From Octopus bimaculoides (lineage: Eukaryota), in contig NC_068982.1 of NCBI RefSeq assembly GCF_001194135.2, positions 41,106,319 through 41,170,318 of the forward strand: a DNA stretch of 64,000 nucleotides. Reading direction: 5' to 3'. A program made the position numbers and the translations under genes. Of this stretch, positions 53,002 to 64,000 are shown one piece after another (position 1 is the stretch's first letter; each line of letters starts with the position of its first letter). The notes beneath the pieces were generated by a model. The model did not search any database. It was not told where the DNA came from and saw nothing but the letters and a program-made list of their open reading frames with translations.

Positions 53002-55519
53002 CATAAGCAGCGGTGGTGGCAGCGTCTTCTTCTTTGATCAGCAGAATTAGATATCCATTAGATATATGATGTTAGCCTTCAATAAAAGCAGAGCACAAAT
53101 GAGTTGTGATAATGGCTAGAAACTAAAAGCATGAATCTATATTAGTATGAGACATGTCTATGCTGGTTGGACACATGATGTGAACAAATGATAAATGAGT
53201 GCTCTGTGAAAAAGACCAATATACTGTAAGTGAGGATATCTGTGACAAAAGAAAAACACAAGAAGTACTGAAGAGGTCAGATCCAAGGTTAGTGGACCTC
53301 GCAGATAAAACAAAGAAAGGTCAAAATGTGGGATGATTTGCTGTACTGCAAACACCTCCAACCTATGCCAGTTAAGGGGAAAAAAAACATTAAATAAGTA
53401 ATGGTGATTTTGAGGAGTTTTTTTTTCTTTAATAACCATGGAAGTTAACAATATCTTCAAGCCAGTCATTGTAGTTACTTTACACAATAACAAGTCCTCA
53501 CTTGTTTTTTTTTTTGTTTTTTTTTTCCAAACAAAATTGCTATTAAGTAACTGTGGTTTCATCTGATGAAGTGGCAAAAGAGTTTGTTTTGTTTCAATTT
53601 GGGTTTTTTTTTAATCTTTTATCTTTCCAATTAGCTCTGTTCTGTCTCCATTTCAAACAAAAACCAAAAAAAAAAATAAAGGCATTATATAGATAAAGAT
53701 AATTGTTTTTGCTAACCTTACCCAGAACGATTGAGACCATATGATGGACTTTTAAAACTAGAATTTCTATAATTGAATTGTTTGTTGCATCTTGCAACAC
53801 AATTGTCAGAATTGTTGATGTGAAGTATAATGTAATTTAGAAAAGATTTTTTTAGTTTTATATTTTATTTTTACTGTGAAGGTAGTATGTGGTTTCTATA
53901 TCTCTTTTACTTGTATTTAGATGTTACTGAAGTCTTTCTTCTCTGGTAACTCGAATCATAGATATACATACTCTTTATAATTCTTTATTGTATGAACTTA
54001 ACATGGTGCATGGCCTAGTGGTTAGGGTGTTGTGTTCACGATCATGAGATCGTGGTTTCAATTCCTAGACTGGGCAGTGTATTGTGTTATTGAGCAAAAC
54101 ACTTAGTTTCGCATTGCTCTGCAATCTCTTCAAAGTTTGACTTGCAGCACACACTGCACCTGTGCAGGCAATGTCATTTGATTGCAATAAGCAAATCATC
54201 TGTGCTGGCTGTTCAGCCAGAAATTGCAGACCCTCCATCTGTCAAATACAATAGAAGAGCATACAAATTTAACACAAAGCATGCTTCTATTTAGCGATCC
54301 AAATTTACAAAACTTTACTAAGTTTGAAAAAGTATAAATCTAAAATAGTTTTCATCCAACAATAACCGTATTGGCATAATCCTCATTAACTATCTCAGTA
54401 TATTAATCAGGGTACAATTTTTGTCAAATAACACTGTTCATCATAATTTTATTTCCACATTTCTTGCCAACATAGACTGGATGGGTTGCCTTAATTGGAA
54501 TCAGCACATACCCAAAAGGTGCTGCTCATGTAGATCGGTCATGGGACTTCATTTTGCTTGCATTATGATTTTGGCTAGGTTTCTACAGTTGGATGCTTTT
54601 CCTAATGCCAACCACTCTATAAAGTGTACTAGGTATACTTTTTTCATCATGACACCAGCAATAGATAGATGTTGTGTCTGCCACAAGATAAAAGGTCCTA
54701 CAACTGTGTACTTTACAGAAAGTACTAAGTGCATTCTTCATGACATTAGCACTAGAAAAGTAGCCAAGAAATTTCACAGTCCCTCACCAGCCTCTTTACA
54801 CAATGAAAGCATGAGTGACAAGGGCAGAGTGATAGGAATACTCAGTATTCTGAGGTAGGTGTGTATATTCAAGGTAATGTTACTGAGATGGCAGATAGAT
54901 AACAGTTGTCTTTGTAACCCAGAAGATGGAGCAATGGCAGAGGTCCAGGATGTGTGAGAGAAAAGGAATAAAGAGTATACTAGCAAACAACACCAGAAAG
55001 GAGGATGATAGTATAGCAGACATGGTGTAAGTGACCCAATTTAGCCACCTCTGCATAGGCTACAAGATGGGCTAGAGAGGGTCAAGTAATGGAGGTGGTT
55101 GTATGGTAAAAAGAAAGGAGGTGGGTCCTGTATCCTCAAGCAGTACAAGGAATGATGGGTAAAGGATCAAAATAGGTACAGTGGCATCTCTAGTTACACT
55201 GACTGGAAGCAGTGTATGGCAAATGGAAGATCTATGCTTCCTCAGTGATGCTGGAAGCATTGTACATTGAGAATTGAGAAGTGGAGGGAATGATTGAGAT
55301 GTTATCAAGGAGCATGGTGAACAAAAGAATGCAATGTATGGTGAACATTAGAAGAGTAATAAAAACATAGGTGAAAGAAGGCAATGTATGACAAGCAGAA
55401 GACAAGTTGGAGAGAGACAGACAGACAGACTGAGAGAGCAATATGTGGCAAACAAATGAGAAATCCATTTTTCAGAAAAGTTGTAGCAAAATCAATTTAC
55501 AGGCTCAAGAATCAACAAT

Positions 55520-55747
55520 TTAACCCTTTTGTTTTCAAACTGGCCAAATCCAACCCAAATATTTTATCTGTTTTATGTTCAAACCAGCCAAATCCAGTCT
55601 GTCACACCTACCCTACAATGTCAGTCTAAAAGTAAGCAATCACATCATTGAAATCTTGGAGCTATGAGATAATGCATGATAAATTCAAAACAACATTAAT
55701 AAAAAGCATTACATTTGAGAAAAGTAATTTGAATGCTAAAGGATTAA
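55520..55747 (-). mobile_element. MITE family 1 copy
   Basis: TTAACCCTTT...AATGCTAAAGGATTAA; reverse complement of the 9253 copy. Confidence 0.78.
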
Positions 55748-56426
55748 ACTCAGTGAAATAGACACTGTTTTAAAAATGTAATCCATGTCTCAGAAGCTAA
55801 GAAGGTTTGCAACTCCAAAATTGGGGCCCTTTCAATTTTACTTTTGGCTTTTATTTGCTTTGACTATTTTAAATACAACTTAATTTCAATGGCTTTTACA
55901 TAAAACAGTTTTATTTGAATAAGATTATTTTCATGTTTTGTCTATTACATCATATGAACTAAAAGTGGAGCATATAGTTATTAAGGAATGTGCTTGTTCC
56001 CAGTGTGTTACATCAAGTGTACATGTATGTTTTCTGATTTTAAAAAAAAACAGGTTTTGCAAGTTTGTTTACTATCACTAATATTCTGTTTTATAGCTGA
56101 ATTAAAAATTGTTCAGGGTTATTTTTTTTTTCTTTACTTATTGCTTAATGTAAGCAATGATATATTATTTAATCTAAGAACTCGCTTCTAACGATCCACA
56201 TAATAGTATTATTTATAGTTATTTATACAATAGCTCGAGGGATTAATTTTTGATTACTCTTATTGATTTCATTCAGTTACTCCCTTGAGTGTATTGAAAT
56301 ATAGCCTTCAGCATATGTCCTGCCAGTCATATTGTTTATACTGTTGGATAATTCTAAAGCTTAAACAGTGATATTCACCTCAGCTTTTAATTACTGATAT
56401 ATATATATATGTATGTATAATATTGT

Positions 56427-56648
56427 TCAACCTTTTATCATTTAAACCAGCCATATCCGGCCCAAATATTCCACCTGTTTTGTGTTCAAAATGGTCAGAT
56501 CTGGGCTCTCTCACCTACCCTGCAATTTCATTCTAAAAATAACAATTACATCATTGAAATCTCAGAGTTAGAAGATAATGCATGATTAATTCAAAACAAT
56601 GGGAATAAATAAGCATTACATTTGATGATCTGAATGCTAAAGTGTTAA
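56427..56648 (-). mobile_element. MITE family 1 copy
   Basis: Same internal sequence as 55520-55747; ends AATGCTAAAGTGTTAA. Confidence 0.78.
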
Positions 56649-56732
<84 letters not shown>

Positions 56733-57289
56733 CAAAAAAAAAAAAATAAACAATCTCCCAGCAGACCAAATTCATGACAAGAATTTTTCTGTGGTTGTTT
56801 AACCTCAAACAGACAGAGTAGTCATGATGGTTCCCACTATGACCACTTTGTCTTTATATATCTAGGATAGTTAAGTGAGATTCAAGGAGACTTCAGTACT
56901 AGTTCTAGCATGTCAAGTAACCATGTAGAAACTTTCTTTGTTGGCTCATTCATAACAGGATTTTAATTCTTGTTGGGAACTGCTGGTTTCTTTTGCAATG
57001 CTTGAGTAAACACCCTCTCCCCCACTTAACTAGTATCATAGAGACAGTTTCCAATTACCACTACAAGGCCTCTGTCCCTCATAACTGGCACACCCTTCAA
57101 AAGTTTGGAAATGGGCAGAGAAAACATAGAGGGGACTCTGTAATATTACTGGAGACTCTTGTAGGTGACAATATATCTAATCGCTATGGCTTGTTGACAT
57201 GAACCCAATTTATACTGTAAAGTGGTTGCTAATAAGAACAAACAACAGAACTGGATGGGGGCATTTTTTGCTTGTTTTATGTGTCTCTG

Positions 57290-57635
57290 ATAAAGAAAGA
57301 CAGTGGTAGATTGTGAGATGAAGAACTGCAGTGAGGTGCAATATGAAGAACTATAACAGAGTACAAGGATTGTGGCAAGATGAAGGACCATAGTAGATTC
57401 CCAACTTGCTGATGACCACAATGAGTTGAAAGACAGAGGACCATAGTAGATTCCCAACTTGCTGATGACCACAATGAGTTGAAAGACAGAGGACCATAGT
57501 GGGTTGTAGGATGAAGAACTATAGCAGGTTGTAAGACAGACAACCACAGTAGGTTGCAGGACAGAGGACCATTGTTGGTTGAAAGACAGATGGCCACAGT
57601 GAGCTACAGATGAAAAACCACAATGGGCTACAAGC
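57290..57635. repeat. Degenerate 24-25-bp minisatellite containing a perfect 53-bp tandem duplication (57384-57500)
   Basis: AGGACCATAGT recurs at 57384, 57437 and 57490. Flanking units follow a gaggaccatagtgggttgaaagaca-like pattern. Confidence 0.85.
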
Positions 57636-58215
57636 CGTAGCATAGCAAAATATTGTGAAACTCATCCAACCAAGGAAAAAAAGAAAAATCATATGTTAAG
57701 TGATGACTATATATAACAAAACTACTGAATCAATTTATAGCCGAGACCAAATTCTTGAAACAATACAAATCCCGTGCTGTAATTCTTTCCAGTTGTTAAT
57801 TTTTATGGCAATTTCTTCTCTAATGTTTAATGCACGTTATAAGGATAGTTGAAAGAAAATGATGCGGAAAACAATTGCAATTTATCAATTGAAGAAACAT
57901 GTGTGGGGTGGGGGTGCATGAATATTTAGAACCCTCAGGATTTCCGTTGGATCAACAGAATATTCTTTAAGCTACTGATAGCCACTGATTAATATATGAA
58001 ATGAATTTTATTAGCAATGCAACTGTTAGGTTTTTAAGTCTTAAAATTCATTTTTCAATTAGGTTTCTAATGTTGCTGTTTGGTATCATAACATTGTGAT
58101 ATAACTGCATCTCAAGCTGACAGTTGTTTGTATCTTCAGTGTTGCTGTATGTAAATCAAGTTGAAAAGAGGACAAACCATTACTATATTTTATTTATCTA
58201 TCTTTCTATGTATGA

Positions 58216-58466
58216 GACTATCATCTCTTCAGCCCCATGAAAGAGAGTTTGAGAGGCAAACATTATTCCAGTGATGAGAAAGTGAAAACTGTAGTGAAGA
58301 AGTGGCTCAAAGAACAGTCAACAGAATTTTACGAGGCAGGGATACATGCTCTCATTCGAAGGTAGAACATTGCTATTGAGAGAAACGGTGACAATGTTGA
58401 GAAGTAGGGATGTGATCCACAGAGGACCAGTTTCATTTTGATGTCCCTATGTTGGTGATTATACCT
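58216..58466 (+). mobile_element. Mariner transposase C-terminal fragment (pseudogenic)
   Basis: 58216-58407 translates DYHLFSPMKESLRGKHYSSDEKVKTVVKKWLKEQSTEFYEAGIHALIRR*NIAIERNGDNVEK*, containing the third catalytic D motif (DYHLF) and one premature stop. Confidence 0.9.
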
Positions 58467-58476
58467 NNNNNNNNNN

Positions 58477-58511
<35 letters not shown>

Positions 58512-59199
58512 TGTGTGTGTGTGTGTGTGTAGTTGACATCGTAAAAATTTATAAACATGGAGAGAATGTGAAATAATTCTTTTTTTAGAACAGTAGGTGG
58601 ATCTCAAAGAAAAGAAAACTATAAATTATAGAATATAAATATTGGGTTACAAATCCCTTCGGAAAAAGGCTTTTTAATCCAATATTTACTGGTTATTATA
58701 TAAAACTTTATTTACTTCAAGATTAACCATTCCACAAAAGAATTATATGAAAGGTACAAGGTTTCATTTTCTGTAGCTGCCTGCTGGCAACTTTTTTCCC
58801 ATCTTTTAATTTAGTAGTATTTATTCAATTTTTTAGGCTGCTTTCACAAATATTCTGCATTTGTCACTTATTCTATTCTCTGTAAAATATAGATATATAT
58901 CAGTGTCGGCTTGTCCCTTAAATCCTAGAAATGATTACTCCTCCTGGACATATATTTGGATCATTAATGCTGGTGACAAATGTAGCTAACAAGACCAATC
59001 CTCAAACAGAATACATGAATGCATTAGCCACATGTGAATGTTGGAGTCAGTTGTAATTACTGCTGTCTGGCTTTCCTTTGCTGTTGTATCTCTTCCTCTT
59101 TTTATATTCTTTCTCTTTCAAACGATATTACATAATTGTTAGTTTTGTTGGTAGTTAGGATAGTTGGTAACAATTGTCTCAAAAGTTAGGGAGTTGGAG

Positions 59200-59505
59200 C
59201 CACTATGCTTCAGAGTTAACTTTAGATGCTCTTTGTATCATCAAAGAGCGGTTCCTCTTTGTCTTTTCTCCAGTTGCCAGTTTGCTGAAGAGGATCTGAC
59301 AAGGAAGTCATTTATCATTCATCCTGGTAGCATGGCCAGCCTGTCAAAGATGATGTTTGACGATTAGGAATTCAATGCTCAAGATAAAGCAAAGTTTCAC
59401 TTCATGAAAGTGTTTGAGTTTTTTGATGTTGTAACAATACAAAGTCCAACTTTCTCAACATAACAGCAGCTTGGTAAACCATAATCTTCATCTTCAAAGA
59501 CAAAG
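59200..59505 (-). mobile_element. Old RTE (BovB-like) LINE fragment
   Basis: Minus-strand pieces LKMKIMVYQAAV and KHHL*QAGHATRMNDK*LPCQILFSKLATGEK resemble RTE LRWAGHV.RM.D.R.PKQ.L.GEL. Confidence 0.7.
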
Positions 59506-59706
59506 ATTATGGTCTATATATATATATATGTAATGATATGTACATGGTCTGTAGGTGAGAGCTAGATAAGCTCAGTTCAGGAAACACATAGTAGTGCTCA
59601 AATGAATTTGAACTTAAAATCCAGGGCAAGGCCCTCAGCAAAAGAAGTTATATGAGAAATCCAAATCAAGCTGATAAGGAGTTAGTAATGTACAGATATG
59701 TATATG

Positions 59707-59737
<31 letters not shown>

Positions 59738-60855
59738 GCACATACATTCCCTCTCACAACAATAAATCTGTTCCTCCTATCGCACTAATTTCTCAACTCC
59801 TTGTCTAAAGACATTGCTCTGTCTATTCTTCCTCAGTCTTGGGGACTCTTAGCTTTGTGAGTTACTGAGACACTCAACCATGGTGCAGTGCAGTGGGATT
59901 GAATCCAAAACCATGTTGTTAGGAAGTGAACTTCTCAACCACACAGCCACTATGTGTGTGTATATATGCATATCCCCAGGGTGATGATTGGCAGCACTTC
60001 TAGTTGTTTAATATATACATATATCATCATCCTTTAGCATCCATTGTCCATGCTTCCATGGGTTGGATGGTTTGACCAGGGCTGGTAATCTGAGGGGCTA
60101 CACCAGACTCCAGTCTGATTTGGCATAGTTTCTATGGTTGAATGCCCTTCCTAACGCCAACCACTTTGAGAGTGTAATGGGTGCTTTTACATGCCACCAG
60201 TACAGGTGCCAGTTGGATGACACCAGTATCTGCCATAACTATGATTTCACTTGGCTTGATGGGTCTTCTTCTCAAGCACAGTATATTGCCAAAGGTCTTA
60301 ATCATTTGTCATTATCTCCATGAGGCCCAGCACTCAAAAGGTGCTATATATGTATTTAATATATTAAAATTTTGTCTTGAGTCTACGGGCACATTTGGCC
60401 AGTTCATTGCAGGGTTAACTCCCATCTATTACTGGTACTCATTTTCAGCTGAGTGCACTGAAAGCAATGGGAAATGAAACCCTTCTTCAATGACATGATG
60501 TGCCATCTGGTCCAAGAATCAGACTCACAGTTGTAAGAATGTGAGCCTAGCACCCTCACCACTTGGTCACATGCCTTTGCTTAATGTTATATAATATATA
60601 ATTGTCTGTATGATATATTATGTAATTATCTTATATAACTGTCTTCCATGTTATATAATGCATATCCAATTGCCTTTAATGTTATGTTATATATAATTGT
60701 ATTTGATATAATATATATATATGTATAATTAATATTGTGTGTATGAGTATGTATTGAATATAAATATATTCAAAATTTTATTAAAATTTATAACATATAT
60801 GTATTATTGTATATGTGAGTATGTATTGAATATAAATATATTCAAAAGTTTATTA

Positions 60856-60888
<33 letters not shown>

Positions 60889-60889
60889 T

Positions 60890-61293
60890 GGTGCATCTCT
60901 GTGGTAAGAAGTTTGTTTCCCAACTACATGGTTTCAGGTTCAGTCCCATTGTGTGGCACTGTTAGTGTCTTTTATAGCCCCAGGCTAACCAATGCCTGTG
61001 AGTGGATTTGATAGACATTTGATTCAATAAACTGAATAACCCGTATTGTGTGTGTGTGTTACTGTCTCCTTGTCATGACATTGCATGATAATTGTGAGTG
61101 CCACTCACAAGGAGTGTCCATCATTTCCAGTCTTCTGAGAAAACATGTCTAGTCATTGGAAAATATTACCTTGTTTGGAAACAGGTGGGGGTTGACAATA
61201 GGAAGGGCATCTGGCTGTAGAAGGTCTACTGCAGCAAATTCCATCTTACTCATGGAAGCATAGAAAAGTGGTCATTAAAATGACAATGACGAT
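60890..61293 (+). mobile_element. SINE family A head joined to an RTE-like (GAT)n tail module
   Basis: Same head as family A, then (TG)n, then ggaaaatattaccttgtttggaaacaggtg..ggaagggcatc..gaaaagtggtcattaaaatgac. Similar at 27600-27930, 33235-33870, 17770-18135 (-) and 21240-21690 (-). Confidence 0.75.
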
Positions 61294-61593
61294 ACCATGA
61301 TGCACAATCTATTTCAGGAAGTGGTTCACAAAATTCATGAGAAACACTTCATGGACCACCAAATATAATTTTGCTTTTAGTTCCTTTATGCAACACAAAA
61401 AGAATGAAATATTTTAAATTAGGTAATTAATCATGCTTTGTGTAATAATTGTTGCAACGTTTATTAATTACATTGTTCCCTCCTTTCTGCTTTGAGCACT
61501 CCATCTGTCTCCCTCCAACAGATGGCCACACAGTAGATTTATTTTGTGTTCAACCTGCTTCCTTTAACTGTTGTCCATCTCTGTTGCTATTTA

Positions 61594-61652
<59 letters not shown>

Positions 61653-61715
61653 GCCTCTATCTATCCCCCTCCCTCTCTCATACCTTTTCCTTTTCTATTC
61701 CTTAGTCTTTTATCA

Positions 61716-61754
<39 letters not shown>

Positions 61755-62519
61755 CTATCTATATCTATCTGTATCTATCTATACATATAAATATCTGTCT
61801 ATCTGTCTATCTATCTATGTGTCTATCTATCCTATATCTCTCTGTCTCTCTTTCTCTCTATCTATCTAATGTTTGTATTCAGTGCTCTCATCAACAACCA
61901 ACTCTTTCTCCTTCTCTCTTCTATATATCACCTCCTCAATCCTATCACCCTCACCCTCCTGTATATTTCTCTCATCCTCCTACCTGCTACTGTAGAAAGC
62001 AAGGAACATGTGAATGGCAACAGTGTGTATGAGTGAGAGGACTCTTAAGGCTTACTGAGGACAAAACAAGCTCTTGAAGTGTTAGTGTTATGATAATCAT
62101 GATCATAGAACACTCTGTAAAGTGTTTGGTAGTAGGAAGAGCATCTAGCAATAGAAACTATGCAGGAAATAGAATGTAAGAGCTAGGAATAGTCCCCTAC
62201 CTATGTAAGAGGGTTGTAACTCTGAACAAGAACTCATTTAGACCACATCAACCAGTCTAACAAATGCCAGGATAGAAAAGTGGTTATAAAGACAATGATG
62301 ATGAATATCATGTGTGAGTTTGTGCAACAGAAGCAATAATAGTTTGAAGTAACAATCTGTGTATTATACTTAAAACAGATACATTATTGAAGGCCCAATT
62401 AGCTGTGGCTTTCATCTTGAGATCGTATCACTTTATAGACATAGTGTGTTAAAAAACACAGAAATATATCAGTAGCCATTGAAACCAGAACCATGTGGTT
62501 AGTAAGCAAGCTGATATAT

Positions 62520-62825
62520 ATATGAAACTGAAACAAGCCCGTCGTATGTGTGTGTGTGTGTGTGTGTATATATATGTGTGTGTATGTATGTATGTGTGTG
62601 TGTGTGTGTGTATGTATATGTTTGTGTGTCTGTGTTTGTCCTCCCACTATTGCTTGACAACCGATGTTATCGTGTTTACGTCCCTGTAACTTAGCAGTTT
62701 GGCAAAAGAGACCGATAGATTGAGTACTAGGCTTACAAAGAATAAGTTCTGGGGTCGATTTGTTTAACTAAAGGGGGAGCTCCAGCATGGCCACAGTCAA
62801 ATGACTGAAACAAATAAAAGAATAT
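62520..62825 (+). mobile_element. SINE family A 3' half, CpG-retaining (young) copy
   Basis: gaaactgaaacaagcccgtcgta(tg)n...gacaaccgatg..gagaccgatag..ctggggtcgatttg..ccagcatggccacagtcaaatgactgaaac. Confidence 0.82.
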
Positions 62826-62847
62826 ATATACATTATAAAAAATATAC

Positions 62848-62919
<72 letters not shown>

Positions 62920-63569
62920 TTACAAATGTGCATATTGTTCCACTAATACTTCAGTATATTTGGTAATTATCAACCACAAGAGTAGATGCCATCTATTGAG
63001 ATTGATGTCCAGATAGAGGATGTAACTTCACTGACCTGGTTTTCATGTATAAGAATGGAGCTAAAATTAGTCTTGATTTATTACTTGAGCCAACCAAATT
63101 AAAGTCTTTTTAATTTCACTCTACCACCCTACTTGACATAGCGGAAAAAGACAGAGGAAAAACAAGAGAAAGACAATTGACTAGAGGAGGAGTGGTTAGG
63201 AGATAAGCAGGAGAACAAGGGGCAAGGGGTGATGTGTAGCTAAAGCTAGAAGAGTTCAGAAACAAAAGATATATAAGGGGATAAGATAAAAGAGATGGAG
63301 GAACAAAGTGGCTGAGCAAGTATTGTCTATCAGGATTAAATTAAGGTTTGGGGAGGCCTACAAACAAAAGATTTTGTTAGGTTTATATTACTAACAACAT
63401 TGACAGAGAATTTGAATTGCGGAATAATGTGTCCCAATCACAGGATTCCAGGTTCAATCCCACTGTGTGGCACGTCAGGGGAGTGTCTCCCACTTTAAGA
63501 GAATGATAGAATAAGCACCAGGTTTAATAGAAGGATCAGTACTGGGGTTGATTCATTTCACTAAAAATT

Positions 63570-63869
63570 CTTGTAAGTGTATGTGTGTATATATATACAT
63601 ATATATTTATATGTATGTATATATATATTTATATGTATGTATATATATATTTATATGTATGTATATATATATTTATATGTATGTATATATATATTTATAT
63701 GTGTGTATATATATATTTGTGTGTATATATATATATATATATTCATGTGTGTGTGTGTATATATATATAAATTTGTGTGTGTGTTTGTATATATATATAT
63801 ATATATACGTGCATATATATATATTTATATGTGTGTGTATATATATATATATATATATTTATATGTATG

Positions 63870-63925
<56 letters not shown>

Positions 63926-64000
63926 TATGTATATATATATATATATGTATGTATATATATATATATGTATATATATGTATATATATATATATATGTATAT
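63570..64000. repeat. Compound (TA)/(TATG)/(TG) microsatellite with a ~22-24-bp higher-order unit
   Basis: tttatatgtatgtatatatata is repeated several times from ~63605. Confidence 0.85.

Noticed and set aside
55060-55110. Minus-strand LLDPL* resembling the LDPLQFAY motif of L2/Rex RTs
   Set aside because: Only four residues match and the flanks do not.
57146-57643. 165-aa minus-strand ORF with repeated peptide
   Set aside because: It is explained by the 24-25/53-bp minisatellite, with no domain, splice or codon evidence.
44758-64000. Expected next TBC1D12/14 exon (..W..EILP.W..)
   Set aside because: I searched by eye and found no matching frame with a phase-1 acceptor. It is probably beyond the window, though it could hide in an N gap.

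Overview
This is AT-rich, microsatellite-dense animal genomic DNA with 7 short N gaps. The repeat set is tRNA-head SINEs with Nin/Deu-like cores, RTE LINEs with (GAT)n tails and (TG)n/(AT)n/(TTA)n tracts, which looks like an octopod cephalopod (Octopus-type) genome; that is an inference. Only one host gene is supported: two + strand coding exons (8174-8404 and 44675-44757) of a TBC1D12/TBC1D14-family Rab-GAP gene. They join in phase across a 36,270-bp GT-AG intron, and the TBC-domain exons lie outside the window. The rest is intronic and filled with mobile DNA: at least three SINE families, RTE LINE fragments, one R4/Dong-like RLE LINE inside a (TAA)n tract, mariner and hAT derivatives, two TTAA-flanked MITE families, a Helentron-type element and several minisatellites. 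The most unusual structure is a ~400-bp ungapped foldback at 47363-47763. No prokaryote-type operon, CRISPR array, rRNA or real tRNA gene was found, and I could not support a novel multi-gene system. Most ORFs in the track come from microsatellites or repeats. All alignments and counts were done by eye.
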